From Pavona decussata (taxonomy: Eukaryota): a DNA stretch of 64,000 bases. The notes below the pieces were generated by a model. That model made no database searches. It worked only from the letters and a program-made list of their open reading frames with translations, and was not told where the DNA came from. The stretch covers positions 2,790,001 to 2,854,000 of the forward strand of contig CDRNST010000002.1 of assembly GCA_977016875.1 (NCBI GenBank), in the 5' to 3' direction. The position numbers and the translations under genes were made by a program. Below, one piece after another: positions 36,571-50,459 of this stretch; the stretch's first letter is position 1, and every line of letters starts with the position of its first letter.

Positions 36571-38620
36571 GCGCTGTAGAAGGACTAAGCTTTTTATTAT
36601 GTGTTTTGGCAGAAGTTAAAAACCTTGTCAAAAATTAAGAATATTTGATATATGATGACCACGCATTGTTAGAAATTTGAAATATTTGTTATGGAAGGAG
36701 TTGTTTTTAAACAATTAAAATATTGAACTATTAAAATAGACCATTAAAATGGTCTCAAAAGAGTTAAATGAAGTGTATATTATTTGGAATTCTGTACTTA
36801 TTTTCTTTAGCAATAAAACAAAGCTGCAGTAAGAAGAGTCAGTGGTTGTATTTTCACTTTATCATTTGCTTATTGAGAGATGAAGCCAGAAATTAAAATA
36901 TTCAAAATGCAAATGGGATTACAAGTGGAATAAGCGGCTTCACTGCCAAGTTTTGGACATTTTGTGGCGTTATGTCGTTGATCGAACAGGAGGTCATAAT
37001 TATTTTTAATCAGAGGTAGAAGATGCGTTATTTTATTTGATCCTTGTAAACCTGTGACCACATTCACATAGCTGTGACCACATTCACATAGCTTTCCTAA
37101 GTTAAGATGTACAAAGTATTGTTTCTTAACAATAGCTCATTGTTGGTCTAACAATAGTCTGTTTTTAAGAAAAAATACTCAGGATACATCGTGAATCCGG
37201 TCCCTGCCGTCTAATTGCAATTACTATAATAACGACCTGTTGTTCCATTTGACTAAGCAATTTGGTAGACTACCATATAAGCTCTCCTGGCCCACGCTGC
37301 ATTATGTAAATAACCCGCCCCCTTCTATCAATAATAAAACATGGCAAAAGTACAGTACGCGCTAAAGGACGACAGATCTGTCTTTGAGTCAGCCGTTTTG
37401 GTCTAAAATCGGCGACCGGATTGAGACAATAATATTATTTTCCTCTGGTTATAGAGTTTGCTTTTGTGTCTAGTCGTAAAAACGTCGTGAAATGATTTAT
37501 GAGGGGAGCCTAAAATAGGCTTGAAAGTTTGATCTTTGGCGGCAAAATCCTTGCCCAAAATCGCGAAGAACAGGTTCCCGGCCGGTTCACGATACGTTCA
37601 CTGTAAGAAATATCACAAATGGAAATTTGCAAAATATTCGAAAACAAAAAGAATAAATGACACACAAGTTAGAAAGCATTTCAAGGGCTCCAAGTTAAAC
37701 ATGGTTTCCAACTGAAAAGTTAAAATTAGATTCGGGTTCAGAGTAAAGTTGCACACTAAGAGACCATTTCTTTCTGAAGCAACTTTTCTGTGAAGAGATA
37801 AAACATACTTGAGTGTCAATATATGAACTATGCTAAAATGTACTCTTTAGCTGTCTCTTTGTGTACTTCTGTTTGTTTTTTATTAATTTGAACGTCAAAA
37901 ACGTGCTCTGTCATAAGAAAAGTGTCTATATAAAAACCGGAAACAGCTTGGGTTTTGACAAATGAATTTTAGCCTTAAAATAGAAGGTGTTTTCTTCCCA
38001 AAAAGAAGGAAATGGATAGAGACGAATGGAAATACATACAAATGAACAATTTTAATAAAATACCAAAACAGCAAGACATTTCTAAAACTGGAGTAGAACC
38101 AAATTTGCAATGAAGTATGTTTTTCTCACTTGATGAGCTCTAATAGCCGTCAGTTTTGTTTCCTGACAAGGAATAACCGGTGGCAATGTTTTGAAAGCCG
38201 TTTTCGGTGTATGAAAGTAAATAAAAGCACGTGTATTTGTTCTTGTCCAAAGGAGAAGATAAAATTATTTGCTTGTTATTAAATTAAAAGAAAACACAGG
38301 AACTCAGGAGATACGAAAAAAAAAAAAAGGAAAGGCGGTATCTTGCGGACGTACTATACAAAATTATTACTGCAGGTGGTGGCCCTCCCACCGCACAATT
38401 CAATCGTAGACAGCTTTAGGCCTAATGTTTCCGCCATTCATCCTGTATTGATGTGCTTAAGATGATGCTTGAAAAGATTAGCCTAATGTTTAAAGCAGCA
38501 TTTGACACCCGAAGGATATTCGAAATTTTCTTTACCCGATTCAAACCGGTTCAACGCAGGTAAGTTACGGCCTCGTTTCTTTATACAGTAGTTTCTTTTC
38601 GTTTCACGAATACTCTTAAC

Positions 38621-39100
38621 ATTTAAATGGTTAATTTTTCCTTTTAAGGTAGAGCTCCACTAGTATTTATCCATTTTGAGGAAAGAAATCGTCGCTTTTC
38701 TGTTAGGATAAGTGGGTTCAGAGTTTCTAAAGAAACTACGGTGCTGTGTCGGTGGGAGTAGAAACGAATTTACCAGCGGAGTTGATAAATAAAGGTAAAT
38801 TGACCACCTAAAGAGATTCGATTAGTGAACTTTCGAGCGTTAGCCCTTTCGTATCCTCTCTTTCAAAGGACTAACGCTTGAAAGTTCGGTACACGAATCT
38901 CTTTACGGTGGCCAATTCACCTTTAGTTATCAACTCTGTTGATAACACCAAACATTCGTTTCAACTCCCCACCGACGCAGCATCGTAGTTTCTTTAGAAA
39001 CTAACCCCCTTATCCTAAGAAAATAGCGACGATTTCTTTCCTCAAAATAGGTTAATACTAAAGGGGCTTTACCTTAAAAGGGCAAATTAACACATTTAAA
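38621..39100. repeat. ~480-bp foldback made of two inverted Penelope-type terminal repeats plus flank
   Basis: For example TTTGAGGAAAGAAATCGTCGCT / AGCGACGATTTCTTTCCTCAAA and GTTTCTAAAGAAACTACG / CGTAGTTTCTTTAGAAAC; centre at ~38851-38863. The inner arms resemble 9270-9335. Confidence 0.85.
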
Positions 39101-39255
39101 CAATAAGACAAACGTTCGCTATTTTCTAAGGGTTTTGTAAAGGCTCGTCCCATGCTCATCGTTGTAGTAGATTTGACTTAGTTTCTTACGAGCATCGCCA
39201 AGGAAACTTGAACGGGCCATTCAACCTAAGGCAGTATGGTATGGGAACAAGAATC

Positions 39256-39625
39256 ACTTAGTGTAAAGAGCACTCTACTTTCCTCTTACAGAAGACAACT
39301 TCTTCCTAATGTTCAACTCGACATCATTATGTGGCTTAATTTTCTTTACTTGTTTTCGCCTGTCTCCGCGAGCTTCCGCGGGTCTTTCTCTGGGATTTTT
39401 CTTATTATTTCCCCGATCCATAATAAACAGCACGTCCAAATTCCAAATTCAGGGGTTCACTTAGTGTGAAGAGCACTCTACTTTCCTCCTACAAAATTAC
39501 ACTGCTTCCAAGAAGGTCCTTGACTGCTTCCTAATGTTAAACTCGACATCATTTATGCTTGTGGCGTAATTTTCTTTTACTGGTTTTCGTCCATCTCAGC
39601 GAGTCTTTCTCTAGGATTTTTCTAT
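39256..39625 (+). repeat. ~200-bp local tandem duplication
   Basis: CACTTAGTGTRAAGAGCACTCTACTTTCCTC...CTTCCTAATGTTMAACTCGACATCATT occurs at 39256 and 39458. Confidence 0.8.
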
Positions 39626-39781
39626 AGATTGGATGAACCAGAAAATAGCCTAATAGATTTTCTTTTAATATTTTTCTTGGGTCATTCCCAACTTGTTCCA
39701 TTATGTTTTCTTTTCAGGGTTTTAGTTTCTACACAAATTCACAACTTCACAACTCAGTTCAAAGCCTGAAATCCAGACGCT

Positions 39782-42700
39782 ATGTACATCATTGCAAACG
39801 TTGCCATCTGGTTTATTTTAACAAGTCAAGTATTTAGTCTCAGTAAGTTTCTTAGCATAGTTTTGGCTTTTAATTTTATGTAAAAAATAAGTGATCTTTT
39901 CCTTGGGATAAATAATGCGTGTAACATTAACCGTTCCGTAATTTGCTTCTGTTTGCATTTTGTGGGCGAAACTCAAAGGAGATGTTTCAGACTTGTATCT
40001 TTTTTCTCTCTGTTCAGTAGCATTTTTAAAGCCGATAAGAAGTGTTTTAATATACCGACGGACGCATCCACACTGATCCAAAAGCAAATCTGAGCCACCT
40101 ATTCTAAGTTCTTTCTCGTATTTTTACTTTGTGTGCATATTGACAAACTGATCACGGTTGAAATATTTGCCTTTTATTTGATGACACTTGTGCGGCGAGG
40201 TACATGTTAAGTAAACACCATTCGGTTAGGTTAACGCCCCAGAGACATAGGCCCTACTTTTCCATTTATCTGAACATGTACGGAATCGAAAAATGAAAAG
40301 TACTATGGCCACAGGGGTTCTACCAGCTTGTTACTTCTTTTTCTGTGAAGGGGTTGTGGCAGAGGATCTACATTTTCTTTCTTCTTTTTTTTAATTGTTG
40401 CTTCTTCAAAGATGATCCAGATTATGTGCCGGTTGGGTGTTTCAAAGATAAGACGTCAGCGAGAGCTTTGCCTGAAATGCTGGCAAACTTTCGAATAAAG
40501 ACTGCAAAGTGGCCAGAAAAACTAAACTGGAGTGACATTGAAGGCACAGTTGTGAAAAAATGTGCAGCTAAGGTACGTTTCCAAAGGTGTTTATTCACTA
40601 TATTAAGACAACATTGCGGATGCGTTCAACGTCTGCCCTTCGAAAATGCGGGCCTAAGCAAATAGATGAAGCGCTGCCAAGCGCGAGAATTTAAAAATGG
40701 AAGCGAGCAAGTCACGATTGATTTTGTTTTTGTTATTCATTGGTTGAAAACGTGGCGTGAGTTTTCCTAACCAATCACGGTGCAAAGAAAAGCAAAACCA
40801 AAGTGAACGCGAATTTTCTTTGACGAGGATTCGAAAATCGCTCTAAATAAGGTGATTTGTTACCACTAGTATCACATCAAACGACAACAGACAAAGAGGC
40901 AGACAAGGAATATTTTCATTTATTAAAAACTGGATCATTGTATAGTGCAATTCCTTTGATTTGATTGGCTTAGAGGTCATGGTATATGTTCCATCATACA
41001 ATGCCTGAGAAATAGCGACCATAAAATAAATATAAAATAAAATACAAATATAAATGCTTTGTTTATAGTGGAAATGCACTTAGCTACCCAAAGCTAGTTT
41101 ACAGGCATTCCACTCAGAAATAACGGGAAACAAATAATAATCAAATCGAACGTAACATGTTAAAAATCTCAACTGGCAGGAGGCAAACCAGCTGGCTATT
41201 TTATAATACAAGCGTGGCCGAGGCGGGACTTGAACCCGGGACCTCCGGATTCAAAGTCCGGCGCCCTTACCACTGGGCCACGCCTTAAATTATCTTCTGG
41301 TTGTTCTTGTTCTTTTTTAACAAAACAATTATTCCATTCACGCTTGTTGGATATGAGGTGATTATAGCCATCTCTGCTCGTATCTATCATCTCATTTCTG
41401 TAGCGGCTCGTGAACTCAGTAATTGTTAAATGTTTTCTCTAGGCAAAAAGCAAGTGGCATTCGTTTTTTGGAATCCAGTTCTATGGAGAGTGTTGGAGTG
41501 GATCGCATAGCCAGGTGACATATGATAAATACGGCCCTTCGTCAGGATGTACGAACAGAGCTCCTTTTGTAGGGAAAGGCCTATCCAATTATGTCTACAT
41601 GCTTACCAAAGGTTAGTACAGGTTGCGCTACTTTGTTAATGGAGTGAAGCCGCATTGTCAGTCCGTTATATCCGAAAGCAGTGCTTTGAGTTTGGGGCGA
41701 ATTTCTCTAAAGTCCCAATTACTTACCAGACCAGATGAGTATTTTCTCACATACGACCAGTACTTATCAACGGTAATTTTAGGGAAAACTACCTCAACGT
41801 GTTTCACAAAGTTATTTAAATTTCAAGTTCAGCTTTAAAACCTACCTGAGACAAAGAGCCATGCTGCACTGAATAAAATAGTGTTCGGCACAGGAATGTC
41901 GTCGAGACCTTTGAAGACCTCACGCCGGATCTGCCTGTGATAGTGTCCATATTGGTGTGTAAACGGTTAACGGGCGAGTCGTACAAGAAACCTACATGGA
42001 CAATTACCCGAGTTTTTACATGAAACAGCGCTGACAGGATAAGCCGCTAGCACGTCGTGTTCGACAAATAATTGAGACAGAGCTAGAATCGCGTTTACGG
42101 CGAACAGCAAATGGGAGATTCGCGTTTATGTTTGCTTGAAAAAATTAGTGACACAGATGAGAATAGTGCAAATAATTCTGACCTTCGATGCTAACGCAAA
42201 ATCTAAGTACTCAATTTTACTGAGAAACTGAAAACAGCGAGCGGCAAATATAGGGTATACATGGTCATGTGGTCATTGCTGCCGTTTGTCGTAAATGTAA
42301 TTAACTTATCTCTTGTTCGCGCCCGGTGTACTCGAAGAATTACAGAACAGGTTGTATAATTAGTTTTTATCGTTTCCCTAAGTAAGGGTACTTTCCAGGC
42401 TAGTCGGTTCGTCAATGGAGTATACCAATTTGAAGGACTGATTCTTCGAATTCTTCAAAATGGTACATTCTGAGAGTACTGTGCGACCTTTTAAAGCAAT
42501 TAAAAATAGTGGCATGTAAACTGTCGTTCAAATTGGTGCATTCCGTTTGCGAAGTGATTGAACTGGACGGTCAGTTCTGACAAATAGAAAGCGCCCTAAG
42601 AGAACGGCTGTGAAAGAAGTCACTCACATAACTGTTGAAGGATCCTCGGAGAATTTGATTGATCGTTGAAAAAAAGTATTGAGTCACTGCCATTCCCAGC

Positions 42701-44162
42701 TACTTCCTCTTATCGGTTACTATGATATACTAAGCTTCTTCTTTTCGTTTGTTTCTTTATTTGTGTTTGCAGAAAATGAGTGCCAAAACTATAAAATCCT
42801 CAACAGTCCGGACCGATCTCAATTTCACAAAACTAGTGGACCGGGGATCAGGTGTGACCAGAATGAAATAGACCAAAACAGCTGGTATAGGTTCACGGGA
42901 GCGGCAGGAAATGCCATGGCGGACACATGTGTACAACCTAACAGGTGTCAGACCATACGGACTGGCTGGTTTGATGGAAAATACCCTGAGGTTATAAAAT
43001 AATTTTCTTATCGTTTAACGCGAAATTTTTTTTCACGTATTTTTTTATTGGAATCACTTCTAACGGCTATCGTAACACTTTTCTTCAGCACTGGGACGAT
43101 TTGCACCGCTAACGCTGGGTGTAACTGCCAGGTGCTCAGTTAGCAGTAATATTCTTTTATAATCCACAAATTAATTTCCGCGCGTCATCATTGTACAAAA
43201 CACGCTACGTGGTACAAAATCGGACGGCGGATATGAAACGATAACAATTGTCTGATTTGGTATTATTTACCCGATTTTTATTTCCAAAGAAACAAAGCAA
43301 AGATAGAACGTCACAATTTCTGATTTTAGCTTTCGTAATACAATCACAGTTTAATATAATGTAATGACCTAATTGGCTTGCATTTATTTGCCTGCAATCA
43401 TGTCGTGGTCATTACTAGCTGTTTTTTCTTTTTCACAGGAAAGGGCGCGCATTTCAGAAACTAATCAAAGGAATATAAAATAAATAAACTCAATTCCGGC
43501 TTGCTGATATATCGAATGATAATACCCATCGGCTTTAAAATTATTGTCCTCAAATTTTCACAGTTGCCCTCGAAGCTTCGCTTCTTGGCCAAGTGCTCAT
43601 TATTTGGTTAATCGTTCAGCCTCTGGCATTGTCCTTCGATATACCAGCCGTCTATCTATCGATAGACGGCAGGTTGTAAGAGCGCGCGCGATTTAGCATG
43701 CATCATTGCACAAATATATCAAAATTTATGAAATAAAAAGAATTTTTTGCTTCATAGATCGATCACTGAGGTATGCTAAAACAATTAGACGGCTCGCTCT
43801 CGGTTTCTATCGCCTTTGATAGTTGGCTCGGGGCTTCGCCCCTCGCAAACTATCAGCCGATAGAAACCTCGAGCTCGCCGTCTAATTGTTAAATATTTGT
43901 TTTGCCTCACCCATACACTAAAAAAATGATAACGCTTGTGCGGATTTTCCCTGATCTTTGTTATTCCGTCTTAATAATGTTTTCTTTTTCATGGTGACAG
44001 GTTGCAGACGGAATTCAGGAAGGCCATGTTTGTTTCAGCTGGATGGGGAATTGCTGTGAAAAGAGATTCAGCATCAAAATTCGAAACTGTGGGCGTTTCT
44101 TCGTGTACAAGCTACAACGGAATATAAAGTGTTTGAATGGCTACTGTGGAAACGGACAGTGA
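39782..44162 (+). CDS. Secreted WSC-like + D8C/D10C protein, paralog 2, 256 aa; exons 39782-39842, 40412-40572, 41443-41611, 42773-42990, 44001-44162
   Basis: GT-AG introns give 771 nt in frame. Signal peptide MYIIANVAIWFILTSQVFS. VGCFKD...NFR...FGIQFYGECWSG...NYVY. All ten D10C Cys are present (NEC, IRC, DTC, NRC, HVC, NCC, RNC, IKC, GYC). AATAAA at ~44286. A probable upstream non-coding exon ends at 38559 (CAG|GTAAGT). Confidence 0.9.
41021..41284 (-). mobile_element. tRNA(Gln-TTG)-derived SINE, nested in a copy of the 295-bp repeat inside paralog 2 intron 40573-41442
   Basis: A box TGGCCCAGTGG, anticodon arm GGACTTTGAATCC, B box GGTTCAAGTCC, then a ~170-bp non-tRNA body shared with 55682-55918 and a simple tail. 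Confidence 0.85.
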
Positions 44163-45647
44163 TTGATCCGTAACTTCAAATTTACACTGAGATTCAAAAT
44201 GCTTTGTTAGTTGGACGTAATTGAAATTATCAAATTTAAATCTTGGTTGGCGGAAAACTGTGAACCTGTATCTTTAATCGTAACAAATAAATTAAAGGAA
44301 GAACGGCTTTAAAATGTGTCATTTTATTTGAAAGCTTTTCCTTTGGAAATAATTTGATTCCCGGGGTGTTGCTGTTTGTTTCCCAACATATTGCAAAATA
44401 AATTTTATATATTTTTTCAGTCTTTTTTATTTTATTTTAAGTGCTTTGGAAGTAAAATTCTCAAAGGTAAAAGAGCATTTTTATTCTCACAGGATTGTAT
44501 CCCAATAGATTACATTAATCACGCGAGAGGAGGCAAGGCAAGGCAAGGCTCCAAGAACAATTGACTTTTATGTCGAATTTTCGACGTACCTACAACCGTT
44601 AAAGATCACCTTTTCTTAATAGTGGTTCACTCTGTTAATTGTGCATCTCAGTTTGTCACGGAAATAGCGAAACAATCTCCTGTCGCTTTTCTGTCAGAAT
44701 TTGATTACTCTGATTTTATAATCCTGATTACAATTCAAATGTTTAAATTACGCTACGTGTTACGCTTCTGTCAGGTTAAACAGTATTTCCGTCAGTTTAC
44801 TCCGGTTGTGTTTTCTCTAAATGCTTTGATTGACGAAAACACTTGTTCCCACGAGGGAGGAAAACGTCGAGCCGTGAACCGAGAAAATTTACTCCAGTTC
44901 CACTGTGCCTTTGCAGCGACGAAAAGATAAGTTAAAGTAAACACGGCTCTCGAATAACGTAATAGACGATTGTTCCATATAGGAAATGTCTGTGCATCAT
45001 TCCTAGTTCATAGGCCTCCCCTTGTCTTTTATCTCGGTCAACCCGTCGCCGAAACGGATTGACCGTGAGGGGCTGGAAAAAAGCCTTACCGGAACCATGA
45101 GGGCCTGGAAGAAATCTGAAGGCATCCACGTGTTTCCTCAAAACACGAGTCAGTGTGCAAACACGTTTCTAGACTCCTTGTTTCAAATAAATGGCAAAAA
45201 CAAGGGTAGAAAAGATTATATGTGTGTCAGAAGAATATATCATAAGAATCATAACTTTATAAATTTATCACTTTTATCTCTATAACAAGGAGATCTCAAG
45301 TTACGACGATTGGCTTCTCTAAGGTAAATTCAGGTAGCGTTCAATCTCATCATTAATTTTATCCAACATTAAAACAGGTCGGGCCCGACTTTTTCAAGTC
45401 GGTGTCCATTTCCATCTTGGCAGTGCCGTTGGGAGCAACATTTTACCAATATTTTACGTGTATTAGAATAGCATTTTAAAGAAAATTTGGCAGTTATTTT
45501 TCCTGAGCTGCCATGATGTGTCACAAAAGGTAGGTTGAATAGCCCCTCTAAAAACCTTGTTAACCCTGAAAAAAGAACAACCACGAGATTAACTACCCGA
45601 TAAAATTACACCTAGTCCCATTAACATCCCTGAAGGCTTTTAAAAAA

Positions 45648-45870
45648 TTAAGTGGTTGTCTCCCCTAGAACCTCATCACCCAAACTGGCCACAAAATGGA
45701 TTTGTTTCGAATCTTGCACGTGAATTACACTCATGAAGAAACCGTTTACAACCAAAACGAAAGGAGTTTTTAAAGTAACTGGACAAAGTGTAATTCACGT
45801 GCAAAATTTGAAGCAAATCCATTTAGTGACCAATTTGGATTATGAGGTTCTTAGGGAGACAGCCACTTAA
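45648..45870. mobile_element. TTAA-flanked MITE
   Basis: TTAAGTGGTTGTCTCCCCTAGAACCTCAT / ATGAGGTTCTTAGGGAGACAGCCACTTAA. Confidence 0.75.
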
Positions 45871-45942
45871 AGATGGGTGTGAAATATAGAAATAGCTGAC
45901 ACAATGCGGATGACTAAGTATTCAAAAGCATTTTGTGTTTAA

Positions 45943-48900
45943 GAGCGGTTGTCAGTAACTTTCGAGAATCCGGCGACAGAAGCGAAAATTCGAATTTTTT
46001 TTTATTTGCCCCAAAAGACCCTTTTGGTGAACTATTTTCAAAAATAATATTCAAAAGTTCCAGCGAATTTTTATTTTGGCAAAAATTGGGAAAGTTCGAA
46101 ATCGGCCAAAACGCGACCGATGGCCCGATTGAAATTATGCAAATTAGTACATTTTTAAAACTCTCGTTCAAGACAAGGTAGCGTTTTCTCGAGTTTACAC
46201 TTTCACAATCGTTTTTACATCCCTTGTGCTTGCTTCTAAACTATATTTTATCTCCACCTGAACATTCTTTCATTTAAAGTTGCCCACGTAAAGAATACAA
46301 TGTTTGCTATTCCTTAGATAGAGTGATTTTTGCCATATTTCAGATGACCATATCATCAAGGGTATACAAATATACTGGTAATGAAATCACTTTTTTGAAC
46401 GGGCAATTGTTCTTATTTATCATGTTAAAATATTTAGTTTGGCCCGTGAAAAGCGAGCGCGCTAGGTCGAGATGTGTGGAATGCACTTTGACACAATTCG
46501 CCATTTCAGTACTTCATGTTCCTCCTGTTACTTTGCACTTATCAATACACTTCACGGAAGCTTTTAGATAAAGGTCTCTGTGTTCATTTCATGCTTTTAT
46601 ACATGTAAATAACTAGCTTCAGACTTGAGTGCTCCCCATATTAGCATTAGGTTATCAAATGATTCCTTTCAGGTAAAATTTTCGAGTTTATATTGAGCCG
46701 TTCAAGCGAGATGAAAGAGCCGTTCGCAGGGAAATAACTTGAAATCAGTGAAATTTACTGACCCTGTCTCTCATATCATGCTACACTTCCAAACTACCGT
46801 TATTATTAAGCTAGAAAGTGTAAATGCTCCCTTTTTACGTGACCTAAGACAGAATTTGCCTAAAATATTACGAATAAAGTCCACCACAAGAAAAAACTGA
46901 AAAAATCGCGCACCGACGTAAATGTAAACATCAGCCGTTTCTCGACTTGCTACATGGATGAAACGCGTCCGTTATTTTACCTCTGTATACATTTATGAGC
47001 AGAAAGTAGAAACAAAAAAATCTTCTCTATGCCCATCTGTATAAATGCACTCGCCAATCAGGTTTTGATTTTCTGTATGTTTGTCGAAAATACTGAAGAA
47101 TGGTGCAACATAATAATTTGTTACTGACTACTTGACTCATTCAATCACAACCGGATACATGTGACACGACTGGAAACTAGATATAAAGAAACGCTCTTAC
47201 TTGTCTGCAATCGTTACTCACATTATATCTGGCGATATCACATCCCCGAGGCAAGGCTGAAAATTGTCTCAAAATCCACATATTAGAGATTCAAAGTTTT
47301 GAACAACGCAACAACTTCCATTGCGTGACAAGTGAAATGTGAAACACAAGCGTGCGAAAAGCACCGGAATAAACAATGTCAAGATTCGCCCTTGTGATGA
47401 CAGTGCGAAAATGATTTTTGAAATTACAAGAAGAAATTGAGGCAAGTCAAGGTCTGCAAGGTATATTTGATTGCCGGATTGAAACGAAAATCATGTTTCC
47501 TCCTCTCCCCCCACCCCCCCCCCCCTCCTAGGGATTGTACCGAATTGTCATCATCAACAACAACAACAACAACAACCTTTATTTTCCTCAAAATAAAACC
47601 GAAATTAACTGAAATGAAAGTAAACAAATCAAGAGCTTTCGAAACCTCAATGCGGTATTTCAATACTATCCTCAAACAAAAAGTTTGGAGGAGAGTGAAG
47701 TTTTTTTTTCGCCATGACACCTCTCCGTGTGGATCAAGCTCAAAAAATGCGCAAGATTTGTAATGTGTTACGCTTAATCAATGCAAAAAGGACGTTCGCT
47801 CGCACCTATAAAGGCACAAAAGATCGGGCCTATAAAGAAATTCAGGACGAAATAGTGTTGTTGCTAGGGCAGGTAAAGTGTTTTCATTTGAGCGAAACTG
47901 AGAGCATGAAAGAACATTTTATTTCTTTCTCTGGCTTTCCCTATTTTTTTAAACAGGAATCCACTGCTATGCATTACTTGACTTTATTCCAGGAATTATG
48001 ATTTACGATTGAAACTTTCCGTTCGTCTTTATATGCTCTCACCACCGAAAGAGGTAAGGCCTTCGTGTGAACTGGAACAGTCAGAAACCTTAACGACGAA
48101 GGGAGACCGAGGAATGAACAGCAAAGAATCGTTGTCATTGTCAATGCATGTACCGTGGGTTAACCCAATCCAAGTGGAACTCGCAATTAAGTTATATCTT
48201 CAACCATGCCATATAAAAACCACTATAAATTGAACAATCACTGGACTATGGTACACAGGTTCAAAAGATACTCTCACTGGCCTTGTCAAAGGCTGTTCGT
48301 ATGGTGGATACTCTGGAGCACGCTAGGAGGATTTAACAATGACAACGTCAGACTTACACAGTGACGGCCCGTAAGAGATAACATCGTCTTTTAGACCGAA
48401 TAGTCGACCGAACACGCGCGCAAGAAAATAAATTAAGGTTAAACTCTTATCTTAAAATTTGATCAGCCCTTCCGTAAGCAATAATGCAGAATAATGGTGT
48501 GTATTTCCAGTTAAAATTTTATCGCCATCAGTGACTCATCTCAAACAGACATTAAAGCTAGGTTTAACAGGTTAACCTAAAAAGAAGTTTTTTTTTTTCG
48601 TTCCATTCATGGTGAACGTCCTCATTGCATTGATTAACCGTATAACACATTGCAAATATTGCGCACCTTTTGAGCTTGATCCGCAACTTTTGCGCGTTGA
48701 TCCATGGCGAAAGACAAACTTCACTCTCCTAAATATAATTGCTTTTTGTTTGAGGATAGTATTGAAATACTGCATTAAGGTTTCAAAAGGTCTTAATTTG
48801 TTAACTTGATTTAAATTAATTTCGGTTTTACTTTTCCTGTAATGTTATTTTATTGATGAGAATCCGGCACAGACAATACAGAGTGAATCTCACAAAAGGA

Positions 48901-50459
48901 AAACTCCATGATTATTGTTTCAGTCCATTAAATATACCTTGCAGACCTTGACTTGCCTCAATTTCTTCTTGTAATTTCAAAAATCATTTTCGCACTGTCA
49001 TCACAAGGGCGAATCTTGACATTGTTTATTCCGGTGCTTTTCGCGCGCTTGAGTATCACATTTCACTTGTCACGCAATGAAAGTTGTTGCGTTGTTCAAA
49101 ACTTTGAATCTCTAATATGCGGATTTTGAGACAATTTTCAGCCTTGCCTCGGGGATGTGATATCGCCAGATATAATGTGAGTAACGATTGCAGACAAGTA
49201 AGAGCGTTTCTTTATATCTAGTTTCCAGTCGTGTTACATGTATCCGGTTGTGATTGAGTGAGTCAAGTAGTTAGTAACAAATTATTATGTTGCACCATTC
49301 TTCAGTATTTTCGACAAACATACAGAAAATCAAAGCCTGATTGGCGAGTGCATTTATACAGATGGGCATAGAGAAGATTTTTTTGTTTCTACTTTCTGCT
49401 CATAAATGTATACAGAGGTAAAATAACGGACGCGTTTCATCCATGTAGCAAGTCGAGAAACGGCTGATGTTTACATTTACGTCGGTGCGCGATTTTTCCA
49501 GCTTTTTCTTGTGGTGGACTTTATTCGTAATATTTTAGGCAAATTCTGTCTTAGGTCACGTAAAAAGGGAGCATTTACAATTTCTAGCTTAATAATAACG
49601 GTAGTTTGGAAGTGTAGCATGATATGAGAGACAGGGTATAAATTTCACTGATTTCAAGTTATTTCCCTGCGAACGGCTCTTTCATCTCGCTTGAACGGCT
49701 CAATATAAACTCGAAAACTTTACCTGAAAGGAATCATTTGATAACCTAATGCTAATATGGGGAGCACTCAAGTCTGAAGCTAGTTATTTACGTGTATAAC
49801 AGCATGAAATGAACACAGAGACCTTGGCTTTTATCTAAAAGCTTCCGTGAAGTGTATTGATAAGTGCAAAGTAACAGGAGGAACATGAAGTACTGAAATG
49901 GCGAATTGTGTCAAAGTGCATTCCACACATCTCGACCTAGCGCGCTCGCTTTTCACGGGCCAAACTAAATATTTTAACATGATAAATAAGAACAATTGCC
50001 CGTTCAAAAAAGTGATTTCATTACCAGTATATTTGTATACCCTTGATGATATGGTCATCTGAAATATGGCAAAAATCACTCTATCTAAGGAATAGCAAAC
50101 ATTGTATTCTTTACGTGGGCAACTTTAAATGAAAGAATGTTCTGGTGGAGATAAAATATAGTTTAGAAGCAAGCGCAAGGGATGTAAAAACGATTGTGAA
50201 AGTGTCAACTCGAGAAAACGCTACCTTGTCTTGAACGAGAGTTTTAAAAATGTACTAATTTGCATAATTTCAATCGGGCCATCGGTCGCGTTTTGGCCGA
50301 TTTCGAACTTTCCCAATTTTTGCCAAAATAAAAATTCGCTGGAACTTTTGAATATTATTTTTGAAAATAGTTCACCAAAAGGGTCTTTTGGGGCAAATAA
50401 AAAAAAATTCGAATTTTCGCTTCTGTCGCCGGATTCTCGAAAGTTACTGACAACCGCTC
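45943..50459. mobile_element. 4.5-kb non-coding foldback DNA transposon with ~1.5-kb near-identical TIRs and a TTAA TSD (Kolobok-like termini)
   Basis: TTAA|GAGCGGTTGTCAG...CTGACAACCGCTC|TTAA. Arms are 45943-47468 and 48930-50459. Mirrored ORF translations appear in the ORF track (46323+/49831- and 45914-/50231+). Confidence 0.9.

Noticed and set aside
38820-38900. Additional hammerhead ribozymes in the hairpin
   Set aside because: Both arms lack the CUGAnGA box and have an altered stem III, so they are not catalytically complete.
41210-41284. tRNA-Gln gene (also 55682-55760)
   Set aside because: The tRNA-like head lacks a proper acceptor stem and continues into a shared ~170-bp body in both copies, so it is a SINE.
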